From Lama glama (lineage: Eukaryota): DNA of 64,000 nucleotides. Under the pieces are notes generated by a model. The model was not told the DNA's origin and ran no database searches. It saw nothing but the letters and a program-made list of their open reading frames with translations. The first letter of the stretch is position 1. Each line of letters opens with the position of its first letter. This document shows, in pieces, positions 38,919 through 50,796 of the stretch. A program made the translations under genes and the position numbers. The stretch covers positions 45,572,001 to 45,636,000 of the forward strand of contig CM052817.1 in assembly GCA_028534125.1 (NCBI GenBank). The letters are read 5' to 3'.

Positions 38919-40157
38919 ACACCTTCATTAGTATTATGTCTCATTTCCTTCCTACTTTCCTTCTTCCATGTTTTATCTCCCGGAGGATTATTCGAGTCCC
39001 AGCCACAACACACACCCTTCATAGAGCACTGTGGTCATAGTAGCTAGTAGGATGTATTAGTTGATCACATCAACCCTGGAATGAAGAAAACCCTGATGGA
39101 TTTTTCTGGGTATTGATTCCAATGGCATTTTAAATATAAGGGAATTTTATTTCTAAAGTAAAGGATTTCCTCTTGTACTACTTTCAAAGAAAGGTTTTTA
39201 AATATCAAGTGATTTGATAAATTTTTCTTTTCATACCTGACTGCATCTTCCATAGCTTGTTAACCATGTCACTTTGATTCTATTGCTGTTATTATCTCTC
39301 TTGCTGTTTATGTATTTTATCTTGCCTCCTGCCTCAGGCAGAAGTTGACAGTCACAATTAGTGGGGCCAAGGCACACTGGGGGACTCCAGGTGTCCTCAG
39401 CTCTGTAGGCTACCTGCCGATAGCCTGGAGAGCTTCGGACAGGGAGTCAGCACTTCCCTGCTTCTAGGATGTTATACACAATGCACCACCTCAATTTCCT
39501 GGTAGCATCTAGAAAATCTGACTAGAAACTCATTCAAAGCAGGTATTTTTCCACTGCATTTTAAGCCCATCTCTTTGGTCATAGCAGAAATTTGACTAGA
39601 AGGGGGGCAGGGATGACAGTTGCTTACTTGCCATTTTAGAGCACAGAAGAGCATAGTATTGAGAAAAATAAACGATTGTCTTGGAACTATTCTCAGCGTG
39701 TTCTCTTATGATTATTAGATCTTCAGGGTGATTTTAAAATTTACATCTGTTTACCTTATGTTCTTGTCATGAACCCTGGTAAAGGGGTGAAATACATAGG
39801 ATTTTGTTATTATTCCTTGGCCGAGGTGATGCCAATCAGTCCTAATTGGTCTCCCTGAGGCAATATAATAATGAATGTTTAGTTTCAAATCTTGCGTTAG
39901 TTTAGTCTTGGGTACACACACTGTCATGTGGCCATCTACCATTTTTAGTGTGCTGACTGATCAGAGTTCTCATGTGTGACATTGTACACAGAACAGTGCT
40001 TACCTGAATGTAGATTTTCCTTTTCTCTCCTCTCCACTCCCCTCCTTCCCCTCCTCCTCCTTTTTATTTTTATTTTTTAGGTTCTTTAAGGGTCAACTTC
40101 TTTTTACTGGAGAGTGAGCATCTTACTCCCAGGAGGAAAACTTGAAATGTTTCTCAT

Positions 40158-40646
40158 TATTTTTATTTATTTATTTATGTAAATTGAAATATAGTCGGTT
40201 TACAATGTTGTGATAGTTTCTGGTGTACAGCATAGTAAGTCAGTTATATATATATTTGTACATATTCTCTTTCATATTCTTTTTCATTATAGACTATTTC
40301 AAGGTTTTGAATAGAGTTCCCTGTGCTGTACAGTAGGATCTTGTTGCTTATTTATTTTATATATAGCAGTTAGTATCTTCAAATCTTGAACTCCCAATTT
40401 ATCCCTCCACTTATCCCTCTTCCCCCGGTATGCATAAGTTTGTTTTCTATGTCTGTGAGTCTGTTTCTATTTTGTAAATAAGTTCATTTGTGTCATTTTT
40501 TTTTTTAGATTCTACATCTGTGATGTCATATGGTATATTTCTTTCTTTTTCTGTCTTGCTTGACTTAGTATGACAATCTCTAGTTCCATCCATGTTGCTG
40601 TAAATGACATTATTTGATTCTTTTTTATGGCTGAGTAGCATTCCAT
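40158..40646 (-). mobile_element. 5'-truncated L1 3' end
   Basis: T-rich tail followed by aaattgaaatatagtcggtttacaatgttg...ttccatccatgttgctgtaaatg. Confidence 0.92.
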
Positions 40647-42359
40647 CATTTTTGATTAGCTTCTTTCAGCTAACCAGCACAATGATATCTTACACATGGT
40701 CAGCTCTCAGTAAATACCTGCTGAATAAATTAATCACCCAAAGACTGGATCCCGGCAACCAAGTGTAATATAAATACCTACATTTACATAACTGTGCCCT
40801 CTGTGCCCACCTGTCCTCTGGAGGCTATTGCTACTGTTGTATTTACCAGCCAAAATTGTGATGGTTACATCTAAATTTAGAAATCTGAGGCTTCATATCC
40901 AAGTTTATGTTCAGATATGAAGGACCTAGAGCAACTGTTTGCTTTCTGATATGCCCGAAGGAAAAAGCATTAAATAGAAGTCAAGAAAGCTGTGCTCTAG
41001 CTCTCGTTCTGTCACTAAAAATCTGTGATTGCTTTTGCTTCAGGGACCTTATTTGTAAAATGAGGAGATTTGCATCAATGACCTACACTGTCTTCCGTCA
41101 AAGAATCAATGAGTTTAGGATCTTCTGTAAAGAACAAGAAGAGGCAGACTTTAAAAATTCCTCTTCATTGAAATGTCCAATCTTCCGAAAACAAAAAGAA
41201 GTTACTAACACTCTGTAACCAGGATAGTTCTGAGCTGTTCTTCCACTTGACACATGGGTCTTTCTAGTTACCTGCATTACAGGAATGTGGTTTCTATCCT
41301 TGCACTGTCTGCTAATTATAATGAAAAGCTGGGAAAGGGGGAAGAGCAGAATTCCTGTTTCCTGAAACATTTCTTAAGGGGCAGAGGAAATGAATTTGTT
41401 CTGATGTTTCATTGTCAGGAAAACATTTACTTAATCCCTTCATCACATAGTCTGATTACTCCCATTCTGTTTCAGCTCAATATTTCTGTTTCAGATACTC
41501 AAATGGCATTTCCAGATGGTTGAATGCTCTAAGGTATGATGCTTCTTTGCATAAGCAATCTTTACCCTCCTTCCCTCCCACTTGCAGTATGTTTCCTACA
41601 TACTTGGCTTTTACAGTTGTTTCTTTTAAGTTTTAAAAATAATAGGTGATTGTTTTGATTTGTTCTTTAACTAATACTTGACACTCGTGAGGGCTGTTTT
41701 TTTTCTATATCCCAAGTGATGCCACATTCTTGGTAGAAATCTGCTTCAGAGGTTGACAGGGATTTCTTCCCTCAGTCAATGCTATATCAGTGACAGTGTT
41801 GAGCCCATTGCACTTGTCCTTAATTTGATATAATTAAGATTCCACAGCATCCTTTGGTTTGTTCCCTTTTGTGTCACCTGGTTAGAGGGAGCAGAGACAA
41901 CTGTGACTTGTGCTAAAAGCCATAAAATGGGCACATTTCTTTGTGCTGACTGCTGCTGCCTATAGCTCTGAAGCCAGCATAATTCATCTATTTTAAAGGT
42001 TTAAGGGAAGGGATTTGCAGATTATGGTGGGTGATTTTTATTACAGTCCTTCAAGGAGCATCTGCCACTGAAATGAAGGCAGGAAAATGGAGATAAGTGT
42101 AACTGGCCTTACACTGTGAGTCAGTTTCCTAGCCAGATTTATGCTCAAAGGCCTTGATTTTAAAACTCATTGACTCTTCTATAGACCCACAGCCTGCCAC
42201 TGTCAAAATCACAGCCACTCCCATCAGTGCCAGAACTTCCACTGTTTTAAATCAGGCAACCATCATTTTGGCTGCAGCATCATTACCACCCTCTCTTCAC
42301 CCTATAATTCATTTCTTAAGAGCGTCATGATCAAAATTTTATGATAAAACAGTCTAAAA

Positions 42360-42580
42360 TAATAATAATATCTATTAAATGCTTATGATGTGTCCCTAGT
42401 GCTTTATAGATGAGGACTTAATCCTCACAACAGCTTTATGGACTGAATAATGTTATTAACCGCATTTCGCAGATGTAGAAGTTAAGGCTTGTGGAGTTAA
42501 GTAACCTACCCAAAGTCATACAGCTAGTGGCAGAACCTGGATTTTAAACCAGGTTCAGAATCAGAATTTTTAGCCACTAT
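42360..42580 (-). mobile_element. MIR SINE
   Basis: ttaatcctcacaacagc...gttaagtaacctacccaaagtcatacagctagtggcagaacctggattttaaaccagg. Confidence 0.85.
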
Positions 42581-42710
42581 AGTAAACAAAGATTTGTTCA
42601 CTGGGAATACTTGGATTTAAAGTTTGAATGGGTTAGTCACTCACAAACACCCAAAGCACTACTTTGGATAACAGCTAGTGAACTTGTACAATGTAATTCC
42701 CTTTGAATTT

Positions 42711-43050
42711 GTCAAGTTAGGGTGAACTATGGACCAGGGACAAACAAACCCTGAACTATCAGTGGCTAAGCATTACAAAGATTTGTTTCTTGCTCCCATA
42801 GAGTCCAATGCAGATTGCCTGGTATTCTAGGGCACTGCACCGTCCTACAGCAGCTCAGGGACCCCAGCTCTCTGCAGGGTTGCTGATGCAAGAAAGCATG
42901 GAAAACTAATTTCAGGACCTCAAATGGAGAGTACATACTTCACATCTATTAACAACCAGAATGAAGCACAGGGTCCCAACCTAACCACCAGGAAGCTGGG
43001 AAGTGTAGGAAAGGAAAGCACATGGAATATTTGATAGCACTGCTGTCTCT
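42711..43050 (-). mobile_element. MaLR LTR (MLT1-like)
   Basis: tcagtggctaagcattacaaagatttgtttcttgctc...cagggaccccagct...gctgggaagtgtagg. Confidence 0.65.
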
Positions 43051-44904
43051 GTTGTATTGCTGGATGAACATAATCTATTCAAGTAAATAGTTCATAAATT
43101 AGTATATCCATAACTGGAATGCCACGAGATCCTGAATAATTCTACTTTAGGAATCCAAGTCTCTTACTTACTTGTGACAATTCTTCTTTCATCTAAAAAA
43201 TGTGCGGACTTGATAAACTCTTATGGGATATGGCAGTGCCCCAAAGCTTGGGCTGGTGCCTTCCTGAGAGACGATTTATACAATTAACCACAGGAGCAGA
43301 AAAGAAGGCATGAAATTTTCAAAATCTTTCTATTTTGCTCCGACATGTCACTTGCTGCTCTGATATTTCTAGGTATTAAAGAATAAAGGAAGCCCCACCT
43401 CTCAGAGCTCCACATAAGAAAAGAAGAGTCATAACTGGATCTCATCACTGTCATTATGTTTGGTATCAAAGAGGGAGACATGCCATCTAGCCTACAGGGA
43501 AGAAGCCGGGTTATGTCCAGGGAGCTTGCTGAAGAGCACGCCTCTCTTTGTCCAACATTCCTGATTGGGTGGAGTAGTCCTTACTGCTCAGCCTTCAGCA
43601 ATAAATCAAGGAAAGAAATTTCACCAGCAGAATGCTGAAAAACTAGAACTGGAGATATTTGATTATTACTTAATATTATTTTGAGTAGAGAATAAAAAGC
43701 ACTTTTGTAAATTTCTCAGACTGGTATCTGTCTCCTAGACTCCTAAGTCTTTGATTCACTGCCTTAAATTAGAGTCTGGCCAAGAGAAAGGCGTTGAATC
43801 TAACCTTTGGGTAGATAAAGGACACTGGAAGTTCTCAGGGTGCTTCCATCTTTGTGGACAGTACCCTGGATGGTAGAGCTAATTACACTTACACTCAAGC
43901 CATCTCAAGGTCAGGGTGCAGGGATCACTGATCTGGCCCTCTAAGGAATCACCCATGATCTCATGTCTCACATCTCAGTCATGGGTGCTCGGCTAAGTGA
44001 AGGCATGGACCTCCAAGTTTTGCCCTAGGGCTAGAGCCACATCTCTTGGCTCAAACTTAGCAACTTTAAATGCTGGCATTCCTCCAAAAAATAAGACATC
44101 ATGTAATCTGCTTATCTCCCAAACAGGTAAATGACCAGGTGTACTGCTTGTAGATTTTCTGTTGTAGTTGCTACCTCCCAGAGTTTTTTTCCTGGAGATG
44201 GAGATTTGGAAAAGGCACAGTTCCTTATCCTTCCTGTCACTCTGTTTGTTCCCATTTGGTTAGCTGGCTAGGCCATAGAACTATTTTCTGTACTGTGAAA
44301 ACATCTCGTGGCACAAACTCTTCTCAAAAAGACAAGTTACACGTGCATGATCATGTACTTAAACTAGCTTGCTGTCTTTATCCTCAGGCTGTTCTTTCTT
44401 TGCCTTTTCCAGTTAGTGTATAATAGCTTTATTTTTCCATTTCACCATCAATCCCTTCTTTCACAATTGCACAAAAGATTCTCCAGTCCTCTGTCTTGTT
44501 TACTTCTGGCCCATCAAGTCAGGTTTATTCTCAAGAGAGGGGCTCTGATTATGTCAACTGTCTATGAAGTGCTTTAAACACACACACACACATTTATTTA
44601 CAGTAGATTAACAATATGTTGGTAAATAATAGACTTAGTTCATCAGTCTTTGTTGTGAGTCAGTCTTAGGTTATGTTTGTACATATGCTAGAACTACTTG
44701 AACCCTTTAAACTCTGTAAACAGAATTGGGGAGAATAGAAACAGACTCTGTGCTTGGTGGGAAGGAGGCCTCTGTAAATAGGAAAGTGGGTAAATATTAT
44801 TCCCTCGAGATGAATGACCTGAACTTGAAAGGAAGGTCCACGAACTGAAATATACAGAGGCAACATTCTTCCGCAATGTCCGATGAAGCTGAAAGAGAAA
44901 ACAA

Positions 44905-45150
44905 TTTCTTTCTCTGCAGCTTCGCTGAGGTACACTTCACAACTAAAACTGTAAGATAGAGGGTACAACATGCCGATTTGATAATGGAACTCACAGAGAC
45001 AGAGACTATGAAAGTGGTTGCCTGAGGGGGTGTGGGAGATGGGGAGAGCTTAGTAAAAGGGCACACACTTCCAGTTATAAGAAGAAGAGGGTCTGAGGAT
45101 CTAGTGTATAACATTAGACTATAGTTGGTAACACCATCGTATAACAGAAA
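44905..45150 (-). mobile_element. Short L1MA-type element with apparent inversion
   Basis: 44905-44982 is the antisense L1MA 3' terminus (cagcttcgctgaggtacac...gtacaacatg); 44985-45150 is the sense upstream 3' UTR (gtggttgcc...acttccagttataaga). Confidence 0.7.
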
Positions 45151-46531
45151 TCATTTTAATTCAGTTTCAGAATAAGAGCGTGGGAAGACTAGTGATGGAA
45201 AATGGGGATATCGGAGGAGCTGAGCTAAAAATATACAGGTGTAATTAAGATTGAGAAATAAAATAATAAACCAGGAAAGCTAATTTAAAAGTTTAGCTGT
45301 GTCCAGCTAGTTTAAGTGCAAGACTGGATAGTCAATAGTAGTATTTTCTGCAAGGAAGTTAAATTTTTTGTTCTGTCTAGTTTCTATCACTCTGCCTAAT
45401 CTGAAGCCCAAGGATCAAATGAAAACAAAGCCTTTTATTATAAAGTGGGCATGAGGAGAAGTATCAAGCTTGTCTCTCACACATGATTAGGGCTGACCAG
45501 GGGCAGACAGAACCATGGCCATGTGCACAATCAGCTCATGAGCCAGCCCCTCGATAGCATGATTGAGGCCATGGACATTCCTGGGTCTCAGCCAGCACAA
45601 AGCCAAGCAGTCAGAAAGCCCCAGTTGGAGGAATTCTTTAGTGACCGCTTTGCCAACATGTATGTGAATATATCATAAGTACTGTCAAATATAGTTTTTT
45701 CATTGACACCATTATTGCCTTTTCAGTAGACTTTTTCACTAGATCTTGTTTTGGATTCTGCTTGGTTATGGAATAGTTCTAAGCTTCAAATATTACTCTG
45801 GAAGAAAAGAATGTTCTCCCTCTCCCTTTGTCATTTCATTTCCCTAAAACTGCAATCTCTTAGTTTACTGAAGAGGGATTCTTTTTCTGCAACAGGAAGA
45901 TTAGTTAACTGACTCAGTCATATTTTCCCATAAATGGCAACATGAGCTGTCCTGAGATTTATTTTTAGGTACTGGATTAGTCTTAGAATGTAAGTTCTGC
46001 ACTGTGGGAAAGAATGACATGACCCCACTAAGATGTGGACTCTGCTTTCTGTCACCATGGCTACCATTTGATCATCTTAACTTGCATACTTGGAGTCCAA
46101 AGGAATACATCTAAATAACATCCTGTATAGAAGACAGGAGTCAAAATACAAAATACATTGTCCTTTATATGAGCAAATATGAACCAGGCATGGGCTGTAG
46201 GACAAAAATGCCTGCAGAACAAAAAGAAGCAGAGGTACGTTTTGCCAGACAATGCAGAATTTAGATTGGTCTTTACAATTTATTGTTCAGGAAATGTAGA
46301 TTTCAGAACTGCTTAGTAAAAGTAGAAATGTGATGATAAATGCAATAGTCTAAATGTTTATGGAGTGGGCCATATGGAGCATTTTTACCTGTATCTTGTT
46401 GCATTAAAAAAAATTGTCTATAGTATCTAGCCCAATATCTATAGTACCTAGCCCAGATATTGGCATCCTATTTCCTTTGCATTCCTTATTAAAAACATCA
46501 ACCTGAAAATGGAATGAAAATAGACTTTCTT

Positions 46532-46718
46532 GATAAACAACAAATTCATACTGCATAGCATAGAAAAGTATATTCTGTATCTTGTAGTAACTTATGGTGA
46601 AAAAGAATATGAAAACGAATATATGGATGTTCATGTATGACTGAAGCATTATGCCGTACACCAGAAACTGACACAACATTGTACACTGACTATACTTCAA
46701 TAAAAAATACATATGCAA
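46532..46718 (+). mobile_element. Very short L1 3' end with 15-bp TSD
   Basis: TSD aaaatagactttctt (46517-31) / aaaatagactctctt (46719-33); matches the 3' UTR of the L1 at ~57210-57380. Confidence 0.93.
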
Positions 46719-47820
46719 AAAATAGACTCTCTTAAAAATTATAAATGATCTCAAAATATGCTAATTCTAAAACATCTGAAGCATGCCCACCATTTCACGG
46801 GCACTCATCCAGTCCCTATCTTTTGTGTCTAAGACGTCAATGGCAAGATTCTTATTCTCTTGAAATTACTTTTCAGTGATTAAATTTCAGGAAAAGAAAA
46901 TAATCATTTATACAACTCCTCCCCTTCTGCCAAAAAATAGCTGCTTTCAAGGAAGCAGTCAAATTTATATCCACACAATTTGTAATGCTGCAGAATCTCT
47001 AGTGATCACCACCCAGCATTCTTGTTTTGTAGATCAAACTTAACCTCTTAGTAGTAATCATAACAAAGTTGCATATTTGAGTATAGTTTGCAGTTTATGT
47101 TCTTCTTTGAACCTAGTACTCAATAGGCAATAACATATGTTAAGAGTATGATTGCTGCTTTCCTGAGAAGACAAACTTTTGAGTTCTCCCATGTTTCAAG
47201 GATTATGGAAGTGCTAGTTGGCAAACATGTTGAGTAGACTGGCCCCATTCTGCATCATTTGTTTGTGGCATTACCATGAATTCATGCATGTAAGGCTGTG
47301 CTTACTATGGAGTTTAGGTAAGTAGGGTCCTTGGTTTCTCTTGAAGGAAGGAGTTCAGTCCTAGAACACATTAGAAGCTGATCCAGGATTTCCTTTTACT
47401 GGGTTTAATTGCTTTCATTCAGGAAGCAGTGGTGCTGGACAGTTCTCTCCTAAACAAGCAATGAGTGGCCAGGAGTGAGTCCAGGATTTTGGGATCAGAA
47501 TAATAAAAAAAGGTGATATTATTGTGGTCTTGGGCAACTTTCTCCTTTGATTCATCATCCCTTTCAAGTTGAAATGATATTTTTTCATTTCTATCTGGCA
47601 CTGATCTATTTTTGCAACCTTACTGAATAACAAACATTTGAATGTTGAAACTAGGACATTTGAAATGGTGCCAGTTGTTTCTGGTGTGGTCAGGAAATGA
47701 GATTTTTAATTCATGTTCAAGTTACCCTAATGTCCAGGGCACTCGTACATACACTACTGGACATCTCCAGGGCAGTGATTCCACCATTTCTTTGGGTTTG
47801 TCATAGTTGTTTCAGGACCC

Positions 47821-47821
<1 letters not shown>

Positions 47822-47859
<38 letters not shown>

Positions 47860-47866
47860 TGTATGT
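47822..47866. repeat. (TG)n microsatellite
   Basis: Direct reading. Confidence 0.9.
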
Positions 47867-48004
47867 GGGTACACTCATGTGTTCGTGTGTCCAGAAATCT
47901 GAATTTTAATAAGCATAATAGGTATTTCCAAGACAATAACTGAGAAACACTGACATCTAAAAAATAAGCTTCTATTTTTTATTAATATTCTATAAAGGAA
48001 GTTG

Positions 48005-48548
48005 TTCCACTTATCACAAAAATGTAGTGGCATAAAACAGCCATTTTATTACTCTCACGGATTCTGGGGTTCAGAAATTCAAACAGGGCACAACAGGGCA
48101 CAACTTTCTCTGTTCCTTGATGTCAAGGGTCTCAGCTAGTGAGATTTGAAGTCTGAGTTACTCTGTTTTTTGGACTGGAATCATTTGGCGTCTTTTTCAT
48201 TCACATTCTTGGTAGTTGATGAAGGCTATTGGCTGAGACCTCCCCCGGGCTGTTGGCTGTACAATCTTCACATGACTTCTGCATGTGTCTCTGCATGGGA
48301 TAGTTTGGGCTTTCTCACAGCATGGCAGGTGAATTCCAAGAGTAAATGTCTCAAGAGAAAACAAGGTGGGAGTGTGTGTTATTTTTATAACCTAGCTTGG
48401 AAGTCACATAATGTCGCTTCTGTCATACTCCATCAGGTTAGGGGAGCTGCGAAGATCTGTCTAGTTTCATGGATGGTCAAAGGGTCATTATAAGAATCCA
48501 TGTGGGATGAGAGCATTGTGGCTATCTTTGGAAGATAAAATCTGCCAT
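48005..48548 (-). mobile_element. MaLR LTR (MLT1-like)
   Basis: tagtggcataaaacagccattttattactctcacggattctgggg...tttctcacagcatggc...ctatctttggaagataaaatctgcca. Confidence 0.85.
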
Positions 48549-48609
48549 TGGGACCAGTCATTTAATTGAAAACTATCGAAAAATGAGTAAGGGTAAATAG
48601 AAGCCCAGT

Positions 48610-49880
48610 ATAGTTGAAAACATTAAGCCAGAACATTTTTCTTGCTGCAAATGAGTTAAAATCTCTTCACCCAGAAGAATTACATTCTATGGTACTAAGA
48701 AAACTCACAAATCATATTACTGAGACATTTCACCAGTCTAGAAGTAATATGAAAAATAAGAGACATTGGCACACTGTGAAATTGGTACATATCATTCTGT
48801 CCATAGGAGTGAAAAGATGGACTCGATAAATGGTAGGCTGAATAAGACTTTAGAGTCCAGAAGATTAAGGGCTAGATTTTCAAAATCCAGGCCAAGGATG
48901 ACATATAAATATGTTACAAGTGTGCCACCACGTTCTTACTTCCACCATGGAAGATATTGCATAAATAATCAGATCATGGAATTCTTGACTGCTATGTTTG
49001 GGCAGGGCCTAGAATCATTGTCAAAATTGTGCTCTAGGCAGCTATTGCCAATGAATTGTTATTGATACATGAGTTAAAACCTACCTCTTATTTAGAAGCA
49101 AAAAGTGGAGTTTCCTAGATCCCAATATCACTTCAATAAAAATAAATCATGTCATCCCAATTTTATTTATTTTTTCTTTATAAAAATTGGCAGATAAAAT
49201 AGATTACTATGATAGACATGGTGTTTTTTGGCCTGATCCTTTGGCCAAGGAATGTGGCACATTCTTGCTTAAGATATTCTTGTAGAAAAAATAGGAAAAC
49301 ACTATTTGAATGTAACAACAATGGAAGAGACCAGTTATTGGTATGACAACCCCTCACAAAGGGTGATGACTCCAAGTTGGTTGAAACATTCTGGTGTGTT
49401 TGACATTTTGTAAAATCAAAGACTTAAAAAAATTTAAAGGTATTCTAACCACATTTAGAGATGATATGAAGTTGGAGGAGAGCAAATAGGTTATATGATA
49501 GAATAATTCAAAAGTATCTTGATATATTGTATCCAACAAGACAAATTCAACAGGATTTATGGTCTGGTAATTGATTCCCCCCAACCCCAGAAGTACAGAA
49601 CATATAAACTTGACTTTGGAACAGCATGTGTAAAGAATACTTCTGTATTTTAGTTAAGAGTAAGATCAAATCAACCATGTGATGAGATCTCCAAAAATAT
49701 CCGCTGTAATTTTAGTGTTTGTTGAAGTTCTTTCTAGAACAAAGACAGTAATAGTTCTGTACTACAATTCCCTGCTCAGATTAAAAATGGGAAAGTTCAT
49801 TCAGTGGTGAATACTCCAATTTAAAGTTGAATAAAAAAGCATAGCATTATCCAGGATTTGTGTTCCTTGGAGAAGAGAAA
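48610..49880 (+). mobile_element. L3/CR1 LINE reverse-transcriptase fossil, fragmented
   Basis: NELKSLHPEELHSMVLRKL resembles CR1 KSPGPDELHPRVLKEL; tttagagatgatatgaagttggagga resembles FADDTKLGG; 3' region gtaatagttctgtactacaattccctgctcaga resembles VIVPLYSALVR. Confidence 0.75.
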
Positions 49881-49914
49881 ACTCAGGATATTTCATATAA
49901 TTTAAGTCATAATA

Positions 49915-50120
49915 TATGGAAGCTTTGTGCCAAGAACTTTACCTTTAAAACCTAATTAACTCTTACACTAACCCTGTAAGGTAGGTATTATTATGACCAT
50001 TTTATTGATGAGGAAACTGAATTACAGAGTTTAAATAGTATTTCTAAAGGTACATAGCTATAAAGTGGAAGAGCCAGGATTCTAATACAAGTCTGCGTCC
50101 CCCAGAGCCCTTAGACCATC
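49915..50120 (-). mobile_element. MIR SINE (followed by a MER5-like fragment to ~50230)
   Basis: aaccctgtaaggtaggtattattatgaccattttattgatgaggaaactga...gagccaggattc. Confidence 0.85.
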
Positions 50121-50379
50121 TTTGATAGTGGTTCACAAAATTCTAGCATGCATACACATCATATGAGAAAGCTGTATAAAAATGCAGGTTTTCAAGCCCA
50201 GATATTCTAAATCAGCAGGACTTGGATAATTTTCTTTAAAATACTTCAGCATACACTGTATGATATGAACATGTATATCTGATTTAGTTTTAATCTATAC
50301 CCTTGCTGTGGTTAGTTGCCTTAATCAGAAATATGTACTCCAGGGTGATAAGCTATTATTTAATCAAAAGTCCAAAAAC

Positions 50380-50796
50380 CACATGAATGGACCTGGAGAT
50401 CATCATACTAAGTGAAGTAGGCCAGAAAGAGAAAGAAAAATACCATATGATCTCACTCATATATGGAAACCAAAAAAAAAAGACACAGATGAACTTATTT
50501 ACAAAATAGAGATAGACTCACAGACACAGAAAACAAACTTATGGAACTTATGGTTACCAGGGAAGAGGAGGGGTGAGGAGGGATAAATTGGGAGTTAGGG
50601 ATTTGCAGATACTAACTACTGTATATAAAATAGATAAACAGCAAAGGCCTACTTTATAGCACAGGGAACTATATTCAATATCTTGTAATAATCTATAATG
50701 AAAAAATATGAAAAAGAAGATATGCATGTATAACTGAATCACTATGCTGTGCACCAGAAATTAACACAACATTATAAATCAACTATACTTCAATAA
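50380..50796 (+). mobile_element. 5'-truncated L1 3' end with 14-bp TSD
   Basis: TSD aaaagtccaaaaac (50366-79) / aaaagtccacaaac (50797-810); tggacctggagatcatcatactaagtgaag ... aactatacttcaataaa. Confidence 0.95.
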
